NCBI GenBank assembly: GCA_046046615.1
Contig: JBJOJL010000003.1
Span: 24,173 to 88,172, forward strand
Origin: Pseudomonadota bacterium
GTDB taxonomy: Bacteria; Pseudomonadota; Alphaproteobacteria; Caulobacterales; Caulobacteraceae
Length of the DNA: 64,000 nt
Direction of reading: 5' to 3'
The notes below the pieces were generated by a model that was not told the origin of the DNA, made no database searches, and worked only from the letters and a program-made list of their open reading frames with translations. This document shows positions 38,508-48,413 of the stretch, in pieces (positions within the stretch are counted from its first letter, which is position 1; each line of letters begins with the position of its first letter). A program made the translations under genes and the position numbers.

Positions 38508-40121
38508 TCAGGCTCCGGCGAGCCCGGCCCGCAACTCGCGCTTGAGGACCTTTCCGGTCGGGCCGATGGGCAGGCTCTCGACGATGCGCACCTCGTCCGG
38601 AACCCACCACTTCGCCACACGGGCGGCCACATGGTCGCGCAGGACCTGCGGATCGGCCTCCTGGCCGGGGCGGAGCACCACGAGAAGAAGCGGGCGCTCG
38701 TCCCACTTGGGGTGCGGGACCCCGACGGCGGCGGCCAGGGCGACTGCGGGATGGGACGAGACCGCGTCCTCAAGGTCCAGGGTCGAGATCCACTCCCCGC
38801 CCGACTTGATGACGTCCTTGGCCCGGTCCGTCAGTCTCAGGTAGCCCTCGGGATCGATGGCCGCGATGTCCCCGGTGTCGAACCAGCCGTCGTCGCCAAA
38901 GGCCTCGGCGCCGTCGTTTCGGTAGTAGGCCGAGGCGACCCAGGGGCCGCGCACCTGCAGCGCCCCGGACTGTACGCCGTCATGGGGAAGGACGGCGCCG
39001 TCCTCGCCCACGATGCGCAGCTCGACGCCCCAGTTGGCGCGGCCCTGTCTCTGCTTGCGGGCCAGGGCGGCCTCGGCGGTCTCGCCCGAGTGCGTCGCCA
39101 GGGGCGTGTTGATCACGCCAAGGGGGCTGGTCTCGGTCATCCCCCAGATCTGCCGGACGTCGGCGCCCAGCCGGTCCTGCACCCGCGAGATCAGCGAGGC
39201 CGTCGGGGCCGAGCCGCCCACCGCCACCGTGCGGACCGAGGTCAGGGACTGGCCGGTCCCGTCCAGGTGGTCCAGCACGCCCACCCAGATGGTCGGCACC
39301 CCCAGGAGGAAGGTCGCCTGCTCGGCCACCGCCAGGTCGCAGACCGATGGCCCGTCGAGGTGCCGGCCCGGCAGGATCAGCTTGGCCCCGACCAGGGGCG
39401 CCGCGTAGGGCGTGCACCAGGCGTTGGCGTGGTACATCTGGGCGCAGGGCAGGATGGCGTCGGCGGCGCCCAGGCCGAAGCAGTCCGGCTGGATCACCGC
39501 CAGGGCGTGGAGAACGGTCGAGCGGTGGGAGTAGAGCACCCCCTTGGGGTTCCCCGTCGTGCCTGAGGTGTAGCAGAGGGCCGAGGCCTGCCGCTCGTCC
39601 AGCGCGGGCCATTCGAAGTCCGGCGCGGCCGCCGCGACCAGTTCCTCGTAGACCAGGGTCCCCGCAGGCGCCGAGGCCGGCAGGTTGTCCCGGTCAGTCA
39701 TGGCCACGAAGGCCTTCACCGTCTCCAGGCGCCCGGCGATCTCGGGCACGAGTTCGGCGAAGCTGATGTCCCAGAACAGCAGGCTGTCGCCGGCGTGGTT
39801 GGCCACCCAGGCCACCTGGTCCGGATGCAGGCGCGGGTTGATGGTGTGCAGCACCGCGCCCAGGCCGCTGACGGCGTAGTAGAGCTCGAAGTGCCGGTGG
39901 GTGGACCAGGCCAGGGTGGCCACGCGGTCGCCGGGCTTCACGCCGAGCGACCTCAGGGCGTTGGCCATGCGCTTCACGCGGAGCAGGGCGTCGGCATAGC
40001 CGTAGCGGTGGATCGGTCCCTCGACCGTGCGCGTGACAATCTCGCGGGCGGGATGCCAGGCGGCGGCGTACTCCAGGATGGAGGGCAGGGTCAGGGGCCT
40101 GTCCATCATCAGTCCGAACAT
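38508..40121 (-). CDS. Medium/long-chain acyl-CoA ligase (AlkK/DmdB-like)
   Basis: YTSGTTGNPKG, WGMTET, GWFDTGD, DRAKDVIKSGGEWIS and HPKWDERP motifs. Confidence 0.92.
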   Translation of the reverse strand: MFGLMMDRPLTLPSILEYAAAWHPAREIVTRTVEGPIHRYGYADALLRVKRMANALRSLGVKPGDRVATLAWSTHRHFELYYAVSGLGAVLHTINPRLHPDQVAWVANHAGDSLLFWDISFAELVPEIAGRLETVKAFVAMTDRDNLPASAPAGTLVYEELVAAAAPDFEWPALDERQASALCYTSGTTGNPKGVLYSHRSTVLHALAVIQPDCFGLGAADAILPCAQMYHANAWCTPYAAPLVGAKLILPGRHLDGPSVCDLAVAEQATFLLGVPTIWVGVLDHLDGTGQSLTSVRTVAVGGSAPTASLISRVQDRLGADVRQIWGMTETSPLGVINTPLATHSGETAEAALARKQRQGRANWGVELRIVGEDGAVLPHDGVQSGALQVRGPWVASAYYRNDGAEAFGDDGWFDTGDIAAIDPEGYLRLTDRAKDVIKSGGEWISTLDLEDAVSSHPAVALAAAVGVPHPKWDERPLLLVVLRPGQEADPQVLRDHVAARVAKWWVPDEVRIVESLPIGPTGKVLKRELRAGLAGA

Positions 40122-40157
40122 GCGCCAGTCCCTCCCTGGACCCGGGCGCCCGGCCGT

Positions 40158-40907
40158 TCAGTCCGCCCGGCGCGTCACTGTCATCATGTAGTTGACCCCG
40201 GAGTCCGACGAGAGCCGCCAGACGCCGGAAAGGGGATCAAAGCTGACCCCGAACGGCCCCTTCATGTCCAGGGACGTCCCGGACAGGAAGCCGCGCAGCT
40301 CCTCAGGCGTCAGGAACTTCCGCCAGTCATGGGTGCCGGCCGGCAGCCAGCGCAGGATGTACTCAGCGCCGATCTTGGCCAGGGCCAGGGCGCGCAGGGT
40401 GCGGTTCAGGGTCGCCACGATCATCAGTCCGCCGGGCGCCAGCAGCCGTCCGCAGGTGCGCAGGAACTCGCCAGGGTCGGCCACATGCTCGATCACCTCC
40501 ATGTTGAGGATCACGTCGAAGGGGGCGACGCCTTCCGCTTCAAGGGCCTCGGCGGTGGAGCAGAGATAGGTGACGGGAACCCCGGTCTGTTCGGCGTGGG
40601 TGCGGGCCGTGCCGATATTGCGCTCGGAGGCGTCGACCCCGGTTACGTCAAAGCCCAGCCGCGACATGGGCTCGGACAGGAGTCCGCCGCCGCAGCCGAT
40701 GTCCAGCAGCCTCAGGCCCTCGAAGGGCCGGCGGGCGTCGCCGTCGCGACCGAAATGGGCGAGGCCCTGCTCGCGGATGAAGCCAAGCCGTACGGGATTG
40801 AATCGATGCAGGGGGGCGAACTTGCCCTTCGGGTCCCACCACTCGGCGGCGATGCGTGAGAACCGCTCGACTTCGGCGGGATCGATGCTGGAACCGGGCG
40901 ATGGCAT
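40158..40907 (-). CDS. ubiG: Ubiquinone biosynthesis O-methyltransferase UbiG
   Basis: [39 protein letters not shown] and LPAGTHDW motifs. Start 40907 or 40916. Confidence 0.95.
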   Translation of the reverse strand: MPSPGSSIDPAEVERFSRIAAEWWDPKGKFAPLHRFNPVRLGFIREQGLAHFGRDGDARRPFEGLRLLDIGCGGGLLSEPMSRLGFDVTGVDASERNIGTARTHAEQTGVPVTYLCSTAEALEAEGVAPFDVILNMEVIEHVADPGEFLRTCGRLLAPGGLMIVATLNRTLRALALAKIGAEYILRWLPAGTHDWRKFLTPEELRGFLSGTSLDMKGPFGVSFDPLSGVWRLSSDSGVNYMMTVTRRAD

Positions 40908-41033
40908 GGGCCGCACATACCAGAGCCCCGGGCCGGCTGCACCGGGAAAAGCCCGGGCGCGCAGGTGTTGCCCCCTCCCCGCCCCGCCGCTAGAAGGCCT
41001 GTCTTCCCGGGTCTGGAGTGCGGATTTCGAGCC

Positions 41034-42284
41034 ATGTCACGGCTGGTCATGAAATTCGGCGGCACGTCCGTCGCCGATCTCGAGCGCATCCGGCGCGTCG
41101 GGCGGCTCGTGGCTGCGGAAGTCGCCGCCGGGCACAGGGTCGCCGTGGTCGTGTCGGCCATGGCCGGCAAGACCAACGAACTGGTCGCCTGGACGGATGC
41201 GGCGGGTCCCGCCGCTGAGGGCCTGCCCCCTTCGGATGACGAGTACGACGTCGTCGTCGCCTCGGGCGAGCAGGTGACCGCGGGCCTCTTGGCCATGACC
41301 CTGCGCAATATGGGCCTTCCCGCCAGGTCCTGGATGGGCTGGCAGGTGCCGATCATCGCCGATGACGCACATGGCCGCTCCCGGATCGACGACGTTCCTC
41401 CGGAAAAACTCTCCGCCGCCCTGGATTCAGGCGAGGTTGCGGTGATCGCCGGCTTCCAGGGCGTCACGACCTCAGGCCGGATCGCCACCCTTGGCCGCGG
41501 CGGATCGGACACCAGCGCCGTGGCCATCGCCGCCGCCGTGCGCGCCGAGCGCTGCGACATCTACACCGACGTGGACGGGGTCTACACCACCGACCCGCGC
41601 ATCGAGTCCCGGGCGCGGAAGCTGTCGCGGATCTCGTACGAGGAGATGCTGGAGATGGCGTCCCTCGGCGCCAAGGTCCTGCAGACCCGGTCCGTCGAGC
41701 TCGCCATGGCACAGAAGGTGCCGGTGCGGGTCCTGTCCAGTTTTGTCGAGCCCGGCGAGGCCCCGGGCCAGGGCACCATCGTGTGCGACGAGGAAGAGAT
41801 CATGGAAAAGCGGATCGTCAGCGGAGTCGCCTACAGCCGGGACGAGGCCAAGATCAGCCTGTTCGGCCTGCCCGACCATCCGGGCGTGTCCTCGATCATC
41901 TTCGGGGCCCTGGCGGACGCAAACGTCAATGTCGACATGATCGTGCAGAGCCACGCCCGGATCGCCGACACGGCCAACATGGAGTTCACCGTCGGCAAGC
42001 GGGACGCCGGCCGGGCCGTCGAGATCGTCCGCAGCCTCAAGGACAAGGTCGGCTTCGAGGATGTGAAGGTCAACGAGGACGTGGCCAAGGTCTCGGTGAT
42101 CGGCGTCGGCATGCGCAGCCATGCGGGCGTGGCCAAGACCATGTTCGGCGCTCTCGCCGAAAAGGGCGTGAACATCCAGGTCATCTCGACCTCCGAGATC
42201 AAGATCTCGGTCCTGATCGACGCCGCCTACACCGAGCTGGCCGTCCGCGCCCTGCACGCCGCCTACGGCCTCGACCAGCTCTGA
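41034..42284 (+). CDS. lysC: Aspartate kinase
   Basis: [34 protein letters not shown] and two ACT domains. Confidence 0.96.
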   Translation: MSRLVMKFGGTSVADLERIRRVGRLVAAEVAAGHRVAVVVSAMAGKTNELVAWTDAAGPAAEGLPPSDDEYDVVVASGEQVTAGLLAMTLRNMGLPARSWMGWQVPIIADDAHGRSRIDDVPPEKLSAALDSGEVAVIAGFQGVTTSGRIATLGRGGSDTSAVAIAAAVRAERCDIYTDVDGVYTTDPRIESRARKLSRISYEEMLEMASLGAKVLQTRSVELAMAQKVPVRVLSSFVEPGEAPGQGTIVCDEEEIMEKRIVSGVAYSRDEAKISLFGLPDHPGVSSIIFGALADANVNVDMIVQSHARIADTANMEFTVGKRDAGRAVEIVRSLKDKVGFEDVKVNEDVAKVSVIGVGMRSHAGVAKTMFGALAEKGVNIQVISTSEIKISVLIDAAYTELAVRALHAAYGLDQL

Positions 42285-42290
42285 GGCCGC

Positions 42291-44024
42291 CTACCGGTCC
42301 CGCGCGGCGGGCGGGAAGGTCATGGGATAGTCCGGCGACCAGTGGTTGGCGGTGCCGCTGGTCACGTACCAGGACAGGAAGAGGGCGCAGATCAGGGCCC
42401 CCGGCAGGTAGCTGTTGGTCCGCCTCCAGGTGAAGACCGCGATGACGCCCACCAGGCTCAGCAGGGGAATGAACTGCAGGGCGACGATGGCGTTCAACGG
42501 CTCGGTCGGGGTCAACAGCAGGCCCGTCGTGAACAGGGTCGCATACTGAAGAAGCGCCAGGACCAGGAACCCGCCGCCCATGACGGCCGCGGCCATCAGG
42601 TAGGTCATGCGGCGCCCCGCCCCGTCCACCGCCAACAGGGCGCAGAGTCCGCGCACGGCGATGACCGAATGCAGGATCCAGAAGGGCAGGTAGGTCAGGA
42701 AGATCGGGAAGCGGTCTGCGGACAGGGGGCGGAAACCAACGACCCAGAACCGGAAGTCCACATGCAGGAGACGATCGACGAGGGTCAGGGCCAGCGCAAC
42801 CGCGCCGACTGAGACCAGGGCGGCGGCGATGGCGCGGACGATGTCGACGCTGAAGACCGGCCGGCCGCGCCTGAGGACCAGGGCGATCAGGATGGCCAGG
42901 ACCGTATTGGCGAGGGCCCAGGCCAGGAGCTGGTTGTGGACCCACTGCGGGAACAGCGCCGACGGGAACCAGAGGGCGCCGAGCTTCATGAAGGGCAGGT
43001 AGGTGGCGGCGGGCAGGACCGCCGTCAGGCCCAGGGCGATCCAGCCGCCGGCGCCCCGGACAGCCGCTGCGGGCTCAGGCGCGCGCCTCAGGGCGGAGAG
43101 CCAGGGCAGGCCCAGAGCCAGCTCGAAGGCGCCAAGCAGGAGGACGCCCGCGCCGACCAGGGCGATCAGGGTCCCGGCCTCCTTCCAGAACCAGACCTGG
43201 TCGCCCGCCGGCAGGGAACGGGCCTCGCCGTCCAGCCGCGCCTGCATCCAGGCGACGACCGGGGCGACGCCGCCCGAAGAAAAGTGCTCCCAGGGATGGG
43301 TCACGTGGGGCAGGTCCAGCCGCCGGGCGGTTCCGAGCATGGGATCCCCGTAGAGGCGGCCCGGCTCCACCGCAGAGGAGACGCCGAAAACGCTCTGCAG
43401 CTTCTCGGAACGCGGCAGGTCGGTCCCCTTCGGGGTCCTCCACATCAGGGCCGAGAACTCATCGAGGCCGCCGAAGACGACGTTCAGGTTGCGCGGGAAG
43501 GTGGGGCTTACATCTCCGGGGGGGCCGAAGAGCCCCGGGGCGGATCCCACCAGGGCCACGGCCCGGTAGCCGTCCGGCGCCGACCGGGCCGCCGCCAGGA
43601 TGGGGCCCCCGCCCATGCTGTGCCCGGCGAGGCCGATCTGCGCCGGGTCGACGAAGGGCTGGCTGCGCAGGTAGGCCAGGGCGGACGGGCCGCCGAACCC
43701 GGCGGCGCCCACATTCCCTCCCGAGCCTCCGTGTCCGGTCATGTCCATGGCCAGGACCGCGAAGCCCCTGCGGGACAGTTCGATGGCGAAGGGGCTCTGC
43801 ATCTCCCGGGTGTTGATGTAGCCGTGGCTGAGCAGGACCGCAGGGGCGCGGCGGGCCTCGGAAAGACCGGGCGGCCGGTAAAGCAGGCCCGACATGACGG
43901 CGCCTTCGGCGGTCCGCCAGCGCGCCTCGGTCACCTGGACACCGCCTCGGGTCTGAGCGTAGGCGGCCAGCAGGGCGCCCGCCAAGATCAGGGCCGCGCC
44001 AAGCGCGGCGAGCCTGTAGCGCAT
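42291..44024 (-). CDS. Alpha/beta hydrolase with a C-terminal multi-TM domain
   Basis: Signal or anchor segment, LLSHGY, DMTGHG and nucleophile elbow GHSMGG, followed by about 7 TM helices. Confidence 0.8.
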   Translation of the reverse strand: MRYRLAALGAALILAGALLAAYAQTRGGVQVTEARWRTAEGAVMSGLLYRPPGLSEARRAPAVLLSHGYINTREMQSPFAIELSRRGFAVLAMDMTGHGGSGGNVGAAGFGGPSALAYLRSQPFVDPAQIGLAGHSMGGGPILAAARSAPDGYRAVALVGSAPGLFGPPGDVSPTFPRNLNVVFGGLDEFSALMWRTPKGTDLPRSEKLQSVFGVSSAVEPGRLYGDPMLGTARRLDLPHVTHPWEHFSSGGVAPVVAWMQARLDGEARSLPAGDQVWFWKEAGTLIALVGAGVLLLGAFELALGLPWLSALRRAPEPAAAVRGAGGWIALGLTAVLPAATYLPFMKLGALWFPSALFPQWVHNQLLAWALANTVLAILIALVLRRGRPVFSVDIVRAIAAALVSVGAVALALTLVDRLLHVDFRFWVVGFRPLSADRFPIFLTYLPFWILHSVIAVRGLCALLAVDGAGRRMTYLMAAAVMGGGFLVLALLQYATLFTTGLLLTPTEPLNAIVALQFIPLLSLVGVIAVFTWRRTNSYLPGALICALFLSWYVTSGTANHWSPDYPMTFPPAARDR

Positions 44025-44139
44025 CAATCTTCCCCCCGCGGTCGCCGGAACCTTCGCCGGCGAGTAAAAGAATTATGACGGCGTGGCGGCCCGGGGACAA
44101 TGCGCTTACCGTGGGTGCAGTCCGCTTCGGAGTCTGACC

Positions 44140-44883
44140 ATGCGCCCCATCCTCGCCCTCGCCCTCGTCCTTCTCGCCGCCGCGCCCGCCAGCCTGGGAA
44201 CGGCCCAGGCCCGGGGCGGGTACCTGGCCGGGCAGCCGCCGCTGGACGCCATACGGCTCCTGCCGCCACCGCCGGCCCCTGGCTCGAGTGAGGAGGCCTT
44301 TGACCGCACGACCGCCGCGGCCGCCCGGGCGGGTATCGGCGGTCCGGCGTGGAAGGCCGCGATCCTCGAGACGCGAATTCCCAACGCCGACTTCATGCAG
44401 TCCCTTTCCTGTGCTGTCGGGGTTCAGGTCTCTGCGGAGAAGACCCCTGCGGTCCAGAAGCTGATGACCACCCTGATGGCGGATTTTGTGGTTCCGATGG
44501 ACCAGGCCAAGAAGAACTACAGCCGCGCCCGGCCCTTCGCCGTCGATGGCGGGCCGGCCTGCGACTCCCTGGTTGCAGCGGGCCAGGGCGACAAGCTCGG
44601 TTACTCCTATCCGAGCGGTCACGCGGGAATTGGCTGGCTCCTGGCCCTCGCCCTCTCCGACGCCGCCCCCGGGCGTTCGGACGCCATCCGCGCCTGGGGC
44701 TCGGGAGTGGGCCAGCACCGGATTGACTGCAGGGTGCACTGGGCCAGCGACGTTGCGGCGGGCCGGATGCTTGGCCTGGCCGTCTATGAACGTGCCTCCA
44801 GGGCCGCCGCCTACCAGGCTGACGTCAAGGCCGCGGCGGCGGAGATCTCCAAGGCCCCGCCCATTTCCTGCCCGGCGGGCTGA
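44140..44883 (+). CDS. Class A non-specific acid phosphatase (PAP2/PhoN family), exported
   Basis: Signal peptide; K-X6-RP (KKNYSRARP), SYPSGH and R-X5-H (HRIDCRVHWASD) motifs. ATG at 44140. Confidence 0.88.
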   Translation: MRPILALALVLLAAAPASLGTAQARGGYLAGQPPLDAIRLLPPPPAPGSSEEAFDRTTAAAARAGIGGPAWKAAILETRIPNADFMQSLSCAVGVQVSAEKTPAVQKLMTTLMADFVVPMDQAKKNYSRARPFAVDGGPACDSLVAAGQGDKLGYSYPSGHAGIGWLLALALSDAAPGRSDAIRAWGSGVGQHRIDCRVHWASDVAAGRMLGLAVYERASRAAAYQADVKAAAAEISKAPPISCPAG

Positions 44884-45010
44884 GCGGCGCCTGCAAATCC
44901 GGCGCCCGGGTCGTACGGCCGCGAGCGCACGGGCAATTGTTTTCCGTTCTGTCATTCCTTGCTGTTAAACAGCGGTGAGGGGACGCTCGGGTCTCCGCCG
45001 CGAGGACTCC

Positions 45011-47281
45011 GTGCCGACATCAACCGCCACCTTCGCCATCCGGGGGCAGCGCAGCCTGCTCCGGCAGATCCGGGAGGCGCTCGCCTCTGGCGGGCCTGTC
45101 CAGGCGCGGCTGGACATGGTGGTCCGGATCATCGCCCGTTCGATGGTGGCGGAGGTCTGCTCGCTCTACCTGCGCCAGGCGGATGGCCAGATGGAGCTGT
45201 TCGCGACAGAGGGCCTGTCGCCGGGCGCCGTGCACCTGACCCGGATGAAGCCCGGCGAGGGCCTGGTCGGCGAGATCATGCGCCTGGGGCGTCCGCTCAA
45301 CCTGTCGGACGCACCGAACCACCCCGCCTTTTCCTACCGGCCGGAAACCGGCGAGGACCCCTTCCACGCCTTCATGGGCGTGCCCCTGCTGCGCGGCGGA
45401 CGGGCGATCGGCGTCCTGGTCGTGCAGAACCGGACCGAACGCGTCTATTCCGAGGACGAGGTCGAGGACCTGCAGATCATCGCCATGGTGCTGGCCGAGA
45501 TGGTCGCCGGGGGCGAACTCGCTGCTGAGGGGCCGCTGCAGAACATCGACCTGGTGCCCAAGAAGCCTGAAAGGCTCAAGGGCGCCCGGTTCGCCGAGGG
45601 CCTGGCCCTGGGCGTAGCCGTGCTCCATGAACCCCCCGTGGCCCCCTCGGACCTCCTGGCCGAGGACGTCGCCGCCGAGGAAGAGCGCCTTCAGGCCGCC
45701 ATCACCGCCCTCCAGGCCCAGATCGACAGCATGCTGGAGGGCCAGCACGGGCTGGTCGAGGCCTCCTACGAGGTCCTCGAGACCTATCGCATGTTCGCCT
45801 ACGACCGCGGATGGCGGCGCTCGCTGGAAGACGCCGTGCGCAACGGCCTCACCGCCGAGGCCGCGGTCGAGCGGGTCCGCTCCGAGCATCGCGCCCGCCT
45901 GGGCCAGGCGCGCGATCCCTACCTGCGCGAACGCCTGCACGACTTCGAGGACCTCGCCGACCGGCTGTTGCGGCACCTGGCCGGCGACGCCGGACTGGCC
46001 CGCGAGCTGCCGGAGAACGCGATCCTCATCGCCCGGAACCTCGGCCCCGCCGACCTCCTGGAGTATGACCGCACCCGCCTGAAGGGGCTCCTCCTGGAAG
46101 AGGGCTCCACCGCCAGCCACGCCGCCATCGTGGCCCGGGCCCTGGACATCCCCTGCGTCGGTCGCCTGGCCGGCCTGCGGGACAAGGTCTCCGAGGGCGA
46201 CACCGTCATCGTCGACGCCGAGACCGCCGAGGCCTACCTGCGGCCCCGCCCGGATGTGGTGAAGGCGCTGAAGGCCCGTCTGGACGTGCGGCTGCAGCGG
46301 CGCGCCGAGTTCGCCCGACTGCGCGACCGGCCCGCCGTCACTTCGGACGGGGCGAAGATCCAGCTGCTCATGAACGCGGGCCTGGACGTGGACCTGGACA
46401 TGCTGGGCGAGGCCGGAGCCGAAGGGATCGGGCTCTTCCGCACCGAGTTCCAGTTCATGGTGGCCGAGGAAATGCCGCGCCTGACCGCACAGACGGCCCT
46501 CTACGGGCGGGTCATGGACGCCGCCGGGGGCCTGCCGGTCACCTTCCGCACCCTGGATCTCGGCGGCGACAAGGTCCTGCCCTACATGGAGGCCGAGCGC
46601 GAGGACAACCCGGCCCTGGGCTGGCGCGCCGTCCGAATGGGGCTCGACCGACCGGCCCTGCTGAGGCTCCAGCTCCGGGCCCTGATCGCCGCCGCCCGCG
46701 GCCGGCCGCTGAAGATCATGTTCCCCCTGGTGGCCAGCGTCGACGAGTTCCGCGCCGCGCGGGCCCTGGTGGACCTGGAGATCGCCTGGGCGAACCGGAG
46801 GGGACGTCCCGAGCCCGCCCGCCTCGACGTCGGCGCCATGATCGAGGCGCCTTCGGTCATCTGGCACCTCGACGCCCTCCTGCCGATGACCGATTTCGTC
46901 AGCGTCGGCACCAACGACCTGATGCAGTACCTGTTCGCCGCCGACCGCGGGAATCCGAGGGTCTCGGACCGGTACGACCTGTTGTCGCCGCCGGCCCTGC
47001 GCGCCCTTGAGATGATCCAGAAGGCCTGCGCCGAGACCGGAACGCCGGTTTCCGTCTGCGGCGAGATGGCGGGTCGGCCCCTGGAGGCCTTTGTCCTGGT
47101 CGCCCTGGGCTTCGAGGCCCTGTCCATGCCTCCGGCGGGCATCGGCCCGGTCAAGCAGATGGTCCTGTCCTGCGACCGGTCTGCAGCCCGGAAGGGCATG
47201 CAGAGCCTGCTGCGGAGCACGTCCGGTTCGATCCGGAACGAGGTGGAGACGCTGGCCCGGAAGCTCTACCTCGCGGTCTGA
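45011..47281 (+). CDS. ptsP: PTS-Ntr enzyme I (GAF-EI)
   Basis: N-terminal GAF domain, phospho-His SHAAI, GIGLFRTEF, ENP-like DNPALGWR, GTNDLMQY and CGE motifs. GTG start at 45011. Confidence 0.95.
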   Translation: MPTSTATFAIRGQRSLLRQIREALASGGPVQARLDMVVRIIARSMVAEVCSLYLRQADGQMELFATEGLSPGAVHLTRMKPGEGLVGEIMRLGRPLNLSDAPNHPAFSYRPETGEDPFHAFMGVPLLRGGRAIGVLVVQNRTERVYSEDEVEDLQIIAMVLAEMVAGGELAAEGPLQNIDLVPKKPERLKGARFAEGLALGVAVLHEPPVAPSDLLAEDVAAEEERLQAAITALQAQIDSMLEGQHGLVEASYEVLETYRMFAYDRGWRRSLEDAVRNGLTAEAAVERVRSEHRARLGQARDPYLRERLHDFEDLADRLLRHLAGDAGLARELPENAILIARNLGPADLLEYDRTRLKGLLLEEGSTASHAAIVARALDIPCVGRLAGLRDKVSEGDTVIVDAETAEAYLRPRPDVVKALKARLDVRLQRRAEFARLRDRPAVTSDGAKIQLLMNAGLDVDLDMLGEAGAEGIGLFRTEFQFMVAEEMPRLTAQTALYGRVMDAAGGLPVTFRTLDLGGDKVLPYMEAEREDNPALGWRAVRMGLDRPALLRLQLRALIAAARGRPLKIMFPLVASVDEFRAARALVDLEIAWANRRGRPEPARLDVGAMIEAPSVIWHLDALLPMTDFVSVGTNDLMQYLFAADRGNPRVSDRYDLLSPPALRALEMIQKACAETGTPVSVCGEMAGRPLEAFVLVALGFEALSMPPAGIGPVKQMVLSCDRSAARKGMQSLLRSTSGSIRNEVETLARKLYLAV

Positions 47282-47359
47282 GCCGGTCCGTCCCGCTGCA
47301 ATTGGACTCCCCCGCCCGCCATGCTATCGCCGGGCCGCGTTGAGGGGATCGTCGCAGCT

Positions 47360-48301
47360 ATGGCCGAGGAAGGCTCCGCGGAAGGTGAGGACAGGGCCGG
47401 GTCCCCTGCGCCTGCGCCGGACCTCCAGGATGGCGAGCATGTGGGCGCGGCCCTCCGGGCGATCCGCGAGTCGCGGGGCCTGTCCGTCGCGGACATCGCC
47501 GCTCTCACCCGCATCCGGCCGGCCTATGTGGAAGCCATCGAGGCCCTGCGCCTGAAGGAGCTGCCGAGCCGCCCCTTCACCATCGGCTACATCCGGGCCT
47601 ACGCCCAGGCCCTGGGTTTCCCGGGCGACGCCGCCATCGCCCGCTTCAAGTCCGACGACCCGGACCGCAACGACGCGCTCAGGCCCCCCGTCGGAGTCCG
47701 CCGGATGGCCGACCCGCGCCTGAGGCTGATGGTCTTTGCGGGCCTCATCATCCTGTCGGCCATCATCGCCTGGAACCTGGTCCGCCGGGGGACCCTGCAG
47801 GACGAAGGCCAGCGCCCGACCAGCCTGATGACCTTCGCGCCGCCGGCCGCGCCGCCGGCGGGCGCCATGAGCCTGGGCGCCCCCCTGCCCGCCCCGGTCG
47901 AGTCCAACGCCCCGCCGCCCTACCTGACCCCAGGCCTGGAGGCCCAGCTCTCGGCGGCCCTGCCCCAGGGGATGACCTCCGGCGAGGATCCGACCCTGAT
48001 GGACCTCGGCGAGACCTTTACGGCCCGGGGCGCCGTGAACGGGGCTCCCGCCGGCGCAGGCCGGCTGGTGCTGCAGGCCCGTCGGCCGACGACCCTGATC
48101 GTCTGGGGGCCGGACGGCGCCGCCTGGTTCGCCCGCCCCCTGGCCGCGGGCGAGGCCTATCGGGCGCCCGACGGGGCCCGCGTCACCTTCGAGACGGTGG
48201 AGGCCGGGGTCATGGCCGTCTTCGTGGACGGCCGGGCCCGGGGCGTCCTGCCCGCCGGACGGACCCCCGCCGGGGCCATCGCCCTGCCGCCGCCCGCCTG
48301 A
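47360..48301 (+). CDS. rodZ: RodZ-like HTH membrane protein
   Basis: GAALRAIRESRGLS...AIEAL..LP...IGYIRAYA HTH, one TM helix and a C-terminal DUF4115-like domain; upstream of ispG. Promoter TTGGAC-17-TATCGC (47302-47330) argues for the 47360 start. Confidence 0.75.
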   Translation: MAEEGSAEGEDRAGSPAPAPDLQDGEHVGAALRAIRESRGLSVADIAALTRIRPAYVEAIEALRLKELPSRPFTIGYIRAYAQALGFPGDAAIARFKSDDPDRNDALRPPVGVRRMADPRLRLMVFAGLIILSAIIAWNLVRRGTLQDEGQRPTSLMTFAPPAAPPAGAMSLGAPLPAPVESNAPPPYLTPGLEAQLSAALPQGMTSGEDPTLMDLGETFTARGAVNGAPAGAGRLVLQARRPTTLIVWGPDGAAWFARPLAAGEAYRAPDGARVTFETVEAGVMAVFVDGRARGVLPAGRTPAGAIALPPPA

Positions 48302-48379
48302 CACGCCCAGCCTGACACGCCCCGCCTGACACGCCCCGCCTGACACGCCCCGCCTGACATGCCCCGCCTGACATGCCCT
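48296..48379. repeat. Tandem repeat, 6 x 14 bp (GCCTGACA[C/T]GCCC[C/A/T])
   Basis: Units start at 48296, 48310, 48324, 48338, 48352 and 48366. The first unit contains the rodZ stop codon. Confidence 0.95.
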
Positions 48380-48407
48380 TGGGATTCCCCCGCAGGGCCC
48401 CTATTCT
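48379..48407 (+). promoter_or_regulatory. Predicted sigma70 promoter giving a leaderless ispG mRNA, with GANTC overlapping -35
   Basis: TTGGGA(48379)-17 nt-TATTCT(48402-48407). The ATG A at 48414 is 7 nt downstream, there is no SD, and GATTC lies at 48383-48387. Confidence 0.6.
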
Positions 48408-48413
48408 CCCGCC

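Noticed and set aside
48296-48379. CRISPR array
   Set aside because: Contiguous 14-bp units with no spacers, and no cas genes.
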